Origin: Octopus sinensis
Taxonomy: Eukaryota
DNA length: 64,000 nucleotides
NCBI RefSeq assembly: GCF_006345805.1
Contig: NC_043000.1
Span: 50,406,001-50,470,000, forward strand
Direction: 5' to 3'
The position numbers were made by a program, and so were the translations under genes. This document shows, piece after piece, positions 53,804-64,000 of the stretch (position 1 is the first letter of the stretch; each line of letters starts with the position of its first letter). The notes beneath the pieces were generated by a model. It was not told the DNA's origin, ran no database searches, and saw only the letters and a program-made list of their open reading frames with translations.

Positions 53804-55089
53804 GTAAGTTGGTGATATATTTTACATAACTCTGCAAGTTAGCATCTTGGAAAAATATTTGATGATTCTTTTTTAAAAAATTTCATTAACTGGTTGATTA
53901 ATTCATATAAGTATTTTAATCTTTTAATTATCATTAATTTTTTATTGCACAACTCTCTCTTTAGCAAGACAAATTATGACATACAAGATAAGGTATATTT
54001 CATTTTTGTCTCAAATATACAACACTACAGAAACGTTGGAAAATTTATTGCATCAGTTTTACAGTTATTCTAAGTTATTTTCCTCAGTCAAAGTCTTCAA
54101 TTTTCTCAATATTTTATTGCATCTTGATGTCTAAAATTTATTATCTCGATTCTTATTCTATATTTGCTGACTGTTTAATTTCAAGGTCTGATGCTTGTCA
54201 TTATTCTATAACAATTGCATTGCACCTATAAATATTGCTATCTCAATTTCATTTATTTATACTTTTTTAGAGAGTTGGTCAAAGAAATTGTATTTTTGTT
54301 TTCTTGTAACAGTTCCTTTCTAAAAAGCAGTTTTCTTTTTTGAAGTGGAGCATAACATATTTGATACTAAAGCTATATTGTAATAAAATACATTACTTTG
54401 TACATGATACAACTTTGTGCAGCAAATGCTTGAACCTTTAAAGCAAACCTTCCCTAGATGAGATATTGAATTCAGTTATCAGCTACTGATTAAATTATTT
54501 TCCCTAACTAAAAATAAAATTAAGGTGACACTAGAAATTAGATGTATTCTATAATAGCTAGTTTTATACATGTGATATATATTGATGGATGCATGAATTG
54601 GACTTCATGGTAATAACTAAAGTTAGATATATTCTCACCTAGCTGTAAATAAGATTAATTTATATTGAGGCAACCAGAATATGAACATTAGCCAAGTAAC
54701 TAAATTAATACTAACAACTAAGATTTCAGGTTTCTACCGTTGTTTTCTTAACAATGTACATTTTATTATACAACCACATTTTTAAGATTTCATACAAACG
54801 ATGATAAATTTGACCTACACAAATTGTGTGTATGGAAGTAGCTATTAGAAATGCACACACAAACATGTTTCTAGTTATTTTCATCTTACTGTGTAAGTAT
54901 GCCATTTATTTACTAATAGGTAACTTAATTGCAATTCATTATTCATTTTTATCAATTAACATTTGACATTTTGTTTAGGTGTTCCTAATCCCCCCCCCCC
55001 AATTCTAAATTGGAATTATCTGAGTAGTAGCATATTAAGTGAAGTAAAACAAACTTAGATGATTTTATTGCAATGTATTGAATATTCAG

Positions 55090-55188
55090 ACATTATTTCA
55101 ATATCCTGAAGAGGTTTGCAATATTTGGATTTCACAACAAAATTCATGTAAAGTGTTTGTAGAGGAGCTCTACAGACACCGGGTGTGA
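55090..55188 (+). CDS. Exon I, possibly terminal (TLFQYPEEVCNIWISQQNSCKVFVEELYRHRV*)
   Basis: Moderate acceptor aatattcag|A, phase 0 as required; AATAAA near 55330 and 55367; possible internal donors after 55147 and 55182. Confidence 0.4.
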   Translation, partial: TLFQYPEEVCNIWISQQNSCKVFVEELYRHRV

Positions 55189-57586
55189 AATATTTAAAAA
55201 AAATATTATGTAACCTTATTTTCTGAGAAGTGAAGACACTTTAGTTTATTGTTTTGGTTGGCTAACATTTGATGCAAGTTGTTAATTTATTCATTTTCTA
55301 ATATAATTTTCCGAGAACTCATAATGTGTGATTGAATAAAAACAAAGATTAGATTTATTCTATATGAATAAACATGATATTATTCATATAGAAGTTCACT
55401 TTAAGTATTCTGACATAAAAAAAAAGATTGTTCTATCTCACTGAGGATTTAGTTCTATCTGAAATTTGGATACAACATGAACAGAAATATATATTATGTG
55501 TGAAATAAATACACTCGATCAACTTTTCCATTGGGGTGGTGATCCTTTAATAGGTAGTTAATCTAATGTTGTTAAAGGGAAAGTTACGTGATTTAGGAAG
55601 TATGTTTGTAGAATGGAACCAAACAGTATATACTCACAGTTCTTGGCTGTTTGATACAAATATCAGATGGGTTCCACAGTTTGAATTATATATATAAAAA
55701 AAAGAGTCAGGTAGAATTTAACATGCTTGTGCTCTATTCTCAGTTTACTGTGAATTTCAAACTTGACACTCAGCCAAATTCCTAGTTTAGCCAGAATTGG
55801 CAAACTGTGTTAAAATCTGGTCAAACGAAATCTTGACTGGGCATTCTGAATATAGATAGGCCATCAGTACAGTATTTGCCTGTATGCAACTGTTTGGTTA
55901 CAAGTAATGTTGTTTCAGTAGTTTTGATATTTTTTCCCACTTTTCAACCTTGAGAATCACTACACCTGAATACCTTAGGAATACACAAATGTGTAGATTG
56001 TTTACGACTTATGAGACACTGCTGCAAATTTTAAAAAGGCTCTGATAAAAGTCAACAGAAATTTGATTAAATGGTTCCAGGAGATGAGTTAGAGACAGTT
56101 GAAGATGAAAGATTTTGAAAGGAAAGTGTATTAATATGCTTCAACTTATGGGGCATGGTTCTCAGGCAACTGCTGGTAGTAGTGATGCAATGTTGTCAGA
56201 TGCAGTGTTGACAGATTACCAATTCCAGATAATATTCTTAATTTTCAGGTGTTTCTCTTTAATATTTTTCAGTTTTAACTGATTTTACTTGAGTTATGCA
56301 CATTTCTATCTGTTTTAAACATAGAGTCCAGATACAAATTCTAGTTATCTTTCTATACTCAGAGATGAAAGTGTCAATTTACTGATACCAAGAATGAAAA
56401 CGTATTATATTCCTGCACTTTCAAAAGCTAAAATTTTTGTAAGTGCGGGAATATATTCCTACAACCAATCTCCTTCATCTCATGTTTTGCCGTCTAAAAT
56501 ACATAGAGACACTTGGAAATGTGATCCAAAATACACTAGATACATTTGATTATGTACACCTAAATATGCACATATTCATTCATTAGATTCATTTAAGGCA
56601 GCAAGCGGGGTCTCTTTTCAGTGATGGGGCCAGTGTGTTATGATGCCATCAAGAAGTAGGCCCCAAAACAGCATGTATTCTTTCCTGATGACCCCATAAA
56701 CTTGCTAGCATCTAGTATGTGGAGCTTTCAGCTGGCAGTACTTGCATCTATAACTGTTTGCAAAGAAATCATTCCACAAATATATATTGGACTCATATAA
56801 ATATACTTTATTATAGTCTTTTTGTTATTTTCACTCTTCAATTTCTAATTTTAAAAATGTTTTTATTTTCCCCAATATGTCTATTATAATTTTTCAGTAA
56901 CAATAGTGATTCGGTTAATATTTTTAATAGGTTAATTTTTGTTATTCACATTTTTGCAAAATAGATATATGCTAAAAAGAGATGGGATGGTCATGGCTGT
57001 AATGTCTTTGATTGTTGGCTGGCTCTGGCGGAACAAGCCTATCAGATCTGAGCTAGGTTAAACAACAACAATCTCTAGGTAAATGTCCAGATAAATTTTC
57101 CCTGTTCAAGAGCATCCTTCTGCTCTTGGATGGGGGGAAATCATTCTATTACAGTGAATTCAGTATACGACCCCCTCATCAGGATGAACAGGAATCTCAA
57201 CAAATTATTTGTTCATGTGAATTACAATGCCACATGGTTAATTTAATCCATGGCGGACCAGTCCAAATTTTCTAACATGCACAGAGAGGGTGAAGTATAA
57301 ATATCTGTTCCCAGTGGTAAAATATGAAACTTGTCTGTGATATGATGGATTCCAGAGTGAAATCATTTATTGAACTGTAAAGAACAGTAAATGTGATTGC
57401 TTGAGGGTGGTGCTCAAGTAGAGACATTCATCCTCATTTTTGTACATTTCTCATTTTTTCATTCATTGTCGTATGTTTTATGTCCCCACTTGTACTGTCT
57501 TGTCTGTCTTTGTACCATGATCTCTGTTTTGGGGCCCCATGCCTAATAAAGAATCAGTGAACGAATAATTTGTTGAGATTCCTCTT

Positions 57587-57670
57587 CATCCGGATGAGGA
57601 GGTCATTGCTGAGATGCACCTTAACTTGTAACCGAACCACAGCAGTGAACTCCCGAAATGGCCATAGATG
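57587..57670 (+). ncRNA. Type-I hammerhead-like motif with long stem II, core mutated
   Basis: CAUC-CGGAUGA-GGAGGUCAUUGCUG(28 nt)CAGCAGUGAACUCC-C-GAA-AUGGCCAU-A-GAUG. Confidence 0.65.
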
Positions 57671-58057
57671 TGTTTGACTTGATTTTGTGGAACTCTTTTG
57701 CGCTCCCGGACTCCATCCTGCCATAGTTTTTATCAAATAACTTTTTTGACATATATTTTTTTGTTTGAGGGGAGTATGAACAATCATTTCCGTCAACTGA
57801 TATTTTATTTTATTTAGATTTTTAGTCGCATGACATGCTTTAGAATTTTTAGTTGATTGTATGTACCTTCTTAATAGGCCATTCTATATATCTGTATCTG
57901 TATTTGCATATATATTTTTTACCTTCTGTGTTTTTTATATATGTATTCTTTATATGTTGAAAGGCCATGGTAATATTTATATATGATCAAATGTTTGGAG
58001 GCGTGGTGTTATGTATAAAGTCGTTGACTTGAATTTAATGTTTGCTTTCTGATCAAT

Positions 58058-58107
<50 letters not shown>

Positions 58108-58196
58108 ATATATATATGTATGTATGTATATATATTATATGTATGTATGTATATATTATATGTATGTATATATATATTATGTATGTATGTATATGT

Positions 58197-58230
<34 letters not shown>

Positions 58231-58680
58231 GTATGTATGTTTATATATGTATGTATATGTATGTATATATATATATGTATGTATGATATATATATATGTA
58301 TGTATGTATATTATATATATGTATGTATGTATTATATATATGTATGTTGTATATATGTATATATGTATGTATGTATATATTATATGTATGTATGTATATA
58401 TATATTATGTATGTATATATGTATATATATATGTATATGTATATATGTATATATGTATATATGTATGTATATATGTGTATATATATGTATGTATATTATG
58501 TATGTATATATATGTATGTATATATGTATGTATATATATTATATATATATGTATGTATATATGTATATATATATATGTATGTATATATGTATATATATAT
58601 ATGTATGTATATATGAATATATATATGTATGTATATATGTATATATATATGTATGTATATATGTATATATATATATATGT
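58058..58680. repeat. Compound (TA)/(TATG) microsatellite
   Basis: Direct inspection. Confidence 0.97.
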
Positions 58681-60289
58681 ATAATTAGATCCAGATATGT
58701 AGATATGAATTTCTGCATTCAGAGCTAAATCATTAAAAGTCATAAAATAAAAGAAGTTACTATCTTGTAATGAAAAACACTTTCCTGGAAGAATCTATGC
58801 ACATTTTACTCGAGCAAATCAGAATGAATATTTAAATAATGTTTAATATTTATTTCTTGATGTCAGTTTCTTCCCAGTAGCTGAATTTTTACTTTGTTTA
58901 TTGTTGACCTGATATATTTGAAGAATAATATTTAATATTGTAATTTACACAATATCTCATATTGTGACAGATTAAGTTGTATGCTGTTTATTGACAAAAC
59001 CATTCAGTAGAGTTGTCATTTTGGTTTGAAGCATAGTAGATATGTTACTTTAATGATAGATATTAGAATGTATGCAGATAGCTTAAGTGAATAGCAACTT
59101 GTCTTGCAACAGGGATATAAATACAATAAAGTTTAGTTATAGATGAATATCTAATAAATTCTGCTTACAATATGATATAGGTTTAAATACAGATAGTTAT
59201 CAGTCAAAAATTTAGAACTCTAGAAGAAAGATACAACCAATGCCTTTACATATATAGATGTGTGTGTGTGTGTGTGCACGCAAAATTTCCCTTGCTTTAT
59301 TCTTTTCTTTCTTTTGTGCAGCTCTCTGTTTTGAAGTATACAACAATTTAATATTACTGAGTATCCACATACAGAAACAGGCTTCTTCCTTCGTTCCTTT
59401 TTTCTTTTTCTCTCTTTTTCCCTTCCTTCCTTCCTTTGCCTTACTCTGATTTTTCATTAAAAATTGTTATTCTGTTAACATTTTTTTAAAATGGTTAATT
59501 GTTGTTACTCACATTTTGCAAGTTGTTAAAGCAGTGGTTTATATCTTATTTATTTTTAAGACAGGCTTATGTTAAAATATTACATATCATAAATGTCAAA
59601 GCAGTTTCACATTTTATGTACAGATTTTGTTACATAAATATATTTCTAATAAGATTAACCTGATTTTTTTTTTTATTTCATAATTTTCTTTTCAATATTT
59701 CCTTTCCTGATAAATTCAGCACAGTAGTTTTCAGAAATTTTGATTTAAAATATTTTGTTTTATTTTAATATTTTCCTGAATTTATCTGTCTTATTTTTCT
59801 GAGTTCCATATTATTTATCTGGGTCCTTATTCAAATTTTAAAGTAAATAAAAAAAAGAAAGAAAAGAAAAGAAAAAAGAATATAATATACTTTTCTTTGT
59901 ACATTTTAGAAATTGCAAGTAAGTAAAGAAACAGACAATGGAAAAGTTGGCATACTTCTGATTACATTTAAAAAAACAAAATTTCAAGATAATTATATAT
60001 GCAGAAACATGAATCTGTATGGAGATTTGATATAAAATGTCAATTTTATATTCTAGTTATTGAAGCCATGTTGAAATTATTTTCATATAACAAATTTTAA
60101 GTTATGATTTTATTTCATAGAGTCTAAAAAGAAAAATAAATGCTAGTGTTATTCATATCACCATGAAGCATATCTGTAATTTTCTTTTTTGGAAATTCAT
60201 ATATTATAAACTTTTCTTTCACCACACATTTGTTATAGGTTTCAATGGAATCTAATTTATTCTTGGTTATTTTACCATAATCTAAAAAC

Positions 60290-60900
60290 AGCTATTATAA
60301 TTTTTAACTGACAATATAGCTTAATGGATAGAAATTATGCATCGAAGTATTTTCTATATTAAAAAATTGCAATGATGTTTCGGGTGCTAGTTCTTCATCA
60401 GGAAAAAATAAACTATCAGGAAGTGTGGTTTGAAAAATATGAAAGGAGAAAAGGTGTCTGGAAATGAATAAAAAAAAAGTTAGGAATGTAGTTTTATGCA
60501 GAGGAGTTGGGAAGGGATGAAGAGGCTGGTAATATGGGTATGTATTTATGGGAGGGTTTCCATGTATGGAGATGGCCATATAGGGAAAAGTATGTGGTGA
60601 TTTTGGTGTGTATGTAGGTCTATGGAGATGTGCAACTGTATGGGTGTAGAAGGATGGTGTGTAGGTGTAATCATAGTGTATGTAAGAGGAATGTGTGCAG
60701 GTGGGGGATGTGGTAGTGCAAAGGGGAAGTGAAAGGGAAGGTAATTTAAAAACAGTGACCAAAGCCTTGTGATTAGAGTCAATAGATGGAAACTGAAAGC
60801 CTAATCTACATGTGTGTGTATATATGTGTGTGTGTGAGTGTGTGTGACACCTAGTCTTGACATGATGTGATGATTGTAAATGAGTAGTATCACCATGATT
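60290..60900 (-). mobile_element. Old PLE 3' remnant with decayed hammerhead (60374-60401)
   Basis: CUGAUGA-A-GAACUAGCACCC-GAAAC-AUC with stems I and II broken; pyrimidine-rich upstream tract like that of the 32-kb element. Confidence 0.45.
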
Positions 60901-61129
60901 CAAGTGATGTTCATTTTCTGTCTTCTATGAGGTAAATGTTATCTTGATTAGAAAATGATGAAAGTTGACAACAGGAAAGACATCCAACTGTACAAAATTT
61001 ATTTCAACAAATTCTGTCTAACCCATGCAAACATAGAAGAGAGTGGACATTAAATGATGATGATAATGGTGATATATATGCATTATATATGTACATATAT
61101 GTATATGAGTGTGTGTGTTTGAGTGTGCC

Positions 61130-61350
61130 CTTTATGTCTTTCATTCAAGTACTTGGCGACCTTACCTGTGCTGATGCCAGGAAAGAAAGCACCTGGTACA
61201 CTCTGTAAAGTGACTGGAATCAGGCAGGGCACCCAGCTGTAGAAGCCATGCCAAAGTGGATGTTGAAACTTGGCACAGCATTCTGGTACCTCTGTACATG
61301 TTGAACCATCTGGTTCATGCCACCATGGAAAGGAGAATATTAAATGATGA
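61130..61350 (+). repeat. Dispersed repeat family D
   Basis: gggcacccagctgtagaagccatgcc...ccatggaaaggagaatattaaatgatgat. Confidence 0.65.
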
Positions 61351-61485
61351 TGTGTGTATGTATGTTCATATGTAAGTAAGTATATAGTTATATCTGTATA
61401 TGTGTCTATATTCATGTAGGAAATCTATGTATATGCATGTATGAATATATGTGTATGTAGGTATGCCTATATGTCTGTGCACACC

Positions 61486-61720
61486 TTTGAATGCAGGGTA
61501 TGCCATAAGGTTTGCAAATCCAACGGAGGCCTCAAAAGACATTTTAAGATCCACAAAGAGCAGAGCTTAACTGTGGTTCTTAGTGGTCCAAATCAGATAT
61601 GCAATCTATGTGGGTGTCTTTTCAATAGATTGTCTGGTTTAAAAAGCCACATCAGATGGTGCTAATGTGTAGGTACAGGAGGTGGTCAAACCCTGCATAA
61701 GGAGTAGACAATTACCATGT
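61486..61720 (+). mobile_element. Probable RTE-type LINE 3' tail encoding two C2H2-like fingers
   Basis: FECRVCHKVCKSNGGLKRHFKIH and ICNLCGCLFNRLSGLKSHIRW; no TGEKP linker and no upstream acceptor; embedded in microsatellites. Confidence 0.55.
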
Positions 61721-62676
61721 AGGTGTGTATATGTATATTTGCATATATGGATGTGTGTACATATATCATCAAGATCATCATCATATTCATTGTCATCATC
61801 ATCATCATTGTTTTCCATGTTGGCATGGGTTGGATGTATGTAAGACTGAGGGACTTGAAAGACAAATATTTTGTATTCAGAGTAGTGTTGCATTTATAGC
61901 TTAAATTCTACTGGTATAACATTCCCTGGAGTAGATGCAAGAAATATTTCCCACTCTAAGATAAATATTATAAAATAACAAGTCAAGTGCACCAACTCCT
62001 TTTCATGCCTGCTAAATTCAAATTGTTTGTTCACAAACATTGTTTATCAATGTAGTCATGAATAATTCGAGTTATATATTTTCGTCGTATGTTCCCTGTT
62101 TGTATACAGATGGCAACTTAATGTCTCATCTTACAATAATTTGATTGAGGCAAAAACATGCATGCTAAAACAATATGCTCACATAAATTTTGTGTTCTAC
62201 ATGAATTGAATTAGCAATTTTTCCATGTTTTTTTTTTTTTAATTTACTAAAAAGAAAATTAATAAATTCTGGAAGGATCAAAAATGAAACAAGTGAGATG
62301 AAATTAATATTCTCATATTGGGAAAAGAAAAAAGAATAAATAGTACACTTGTATCTCGACAGAATTATCATACAGTGACACATTAAGTTGCCGTTTTTAT
62401 AATCTGTTTATGCAAGCAAACGACACATAACAAAAATATGCTAAGTGTAAATTTTTTTCTTATTTTTTTGCTATATTTGAATGATAATTTTATTTCACTT
62501 GTTTTTTTTTATTTCTAGTTTTTATTAATGTTATTTTGAGTTAATTATTTATGTAACAGACAAAATGTATGCGAGTATTTTGTTTTGCAAGCACGCTCTT
62601 TGTTTTGACTGATTTTTTATGAGGCAAGACATTAAGTACTATGTTATACACTGTGTGTATAAATAGGTGACAAATG

Positions 62677-62728
<52 letters not shown>

Positions 62729-62980
62729 CCCGTGTATATATATACTTCTATTTAATAGGAATATATTATTTTACTGACTCACTTTAGTAAAAAAAATATG
62801 TTCATAGCATTGCACACACACAGACACACATACACATGTATGTATATATATATTCATGTCTGTATATGTAAGTATATTCATGTATGTATGCATATCTAAC
62901 TATATGTATGTGTATATAAGGGTGCATGTATATAGCTATGTGTATATAAATATATTTATGTATATTTGTATATATTGTGC

Positions 62981-63018
<38 letters not shown>

Positions 63019-63300
63019 CAAACACACATGCACATATGTAGATATACACATATATATATGCATATATACAAACCTTCATTTTGCTGCTTTTTTTTCTATG
63101 AAATGAGAAGATACATTGTGGAACTGTTATTTTACTGAGTTGTATGTATGTATCACCTTAGGAGACATATCTGCACTGCTGGACACTCCTGAACCAGTTG
63201 TTGGGTGTCCCACCCATGAGGGATTGATGCTAGATGTGTCGAAACAATTGTTGTGATTAATATACATTCTCATTTGTTCCATCTTCCATCTACCATATGC

Positions 63301-63332
<32 letters not shown>

Positions 63333-64000
63333 CACACACAGACACACATATATATTAAGAGCAAAATGTCATTCGGTCGTTTTGTCTGACTGTTTTCATT
63401 CCTTTAAGATATCACTGTTTCTTAAATAATGCTTTCACCAGTACAAGTTAAAAGAAGCTGTCTGAAATAAAATCTCTTTATAGACTTGTCTTAAAAACAC
63501 AATATATATCACTGCAGCAACTGATGATAATGACAGACGTGTTTCACCTTTGTTGAAACTTACTGATGCTGTGCACCCCATTGTCACCTGCTTACAACAT
63601 TTCAGGAATTTTAGTCTGAAAATGATGCAACAACTAAGTTCTGTGATGAAGTATTTTATATTATCAAAGTCATGTGTTACATAAACTGTGTAATCACATT
63701 TGCTACAATGTCAATTCATGTAACCGCTTAAATTATCTGATGAACACTTATGTCAAGATTGACTTTTGATTATTCTATAAAAGATTATGTGCCTAATCAG
63801 ATACAGTTAGGAAATATTTAAACAACAATTGGTTAAGTAAACGAGAATAATGTGTGTACTGTAGAAGGATGGATAACAACTGTTGGCACATTATTTTACT
63901 AGGTGTTTGGTAGCTTCTTTCTGTATTGCAATTTGGATAACAACTGTTCATTTTGTTTTGTGTCTTTGGAAGCTCATTTACTGAAGATGTCAACTGTCAC

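Overview
AT-rich eukaryotic genomic DNA, with no operons, CRISPR arrays, rRNA genes or true tRNA genes. The repeat set (tRNA-derived SINEs, long (TA)n/(ATT)n arrays, RLE-LINEs, Penelope-like elements) resembles what I recall from Octopus genomes; this is inference, not a database result. Most of the supplied ORFs are microsatellite or repeat artefacts. Supportable coding relics are Penelope-like retroelements (PLEs; one nearly complete copy at 31.6-33.8 kb), R4/Dong-like RLE LINE fragments and an RTE-like zinc-finger tail. Two things the ORF track misses. (1) A + strand chain of nine short exons over about 31.5 kb (23649-55188) splices in frame to about 152 aa of a protein I do not recognise; it includes four consecutive symmetric phase-1 micro-exons of 30, 24, 27 and 27 nt. 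(2) There are several minimal type-I hammerhead ribozyme motifs from different PLE families, including a family whose core A6 is replaced and one motif with a very long stem II. The gene model comes from manual splice-site reading and needs RNA-seq confirmation.
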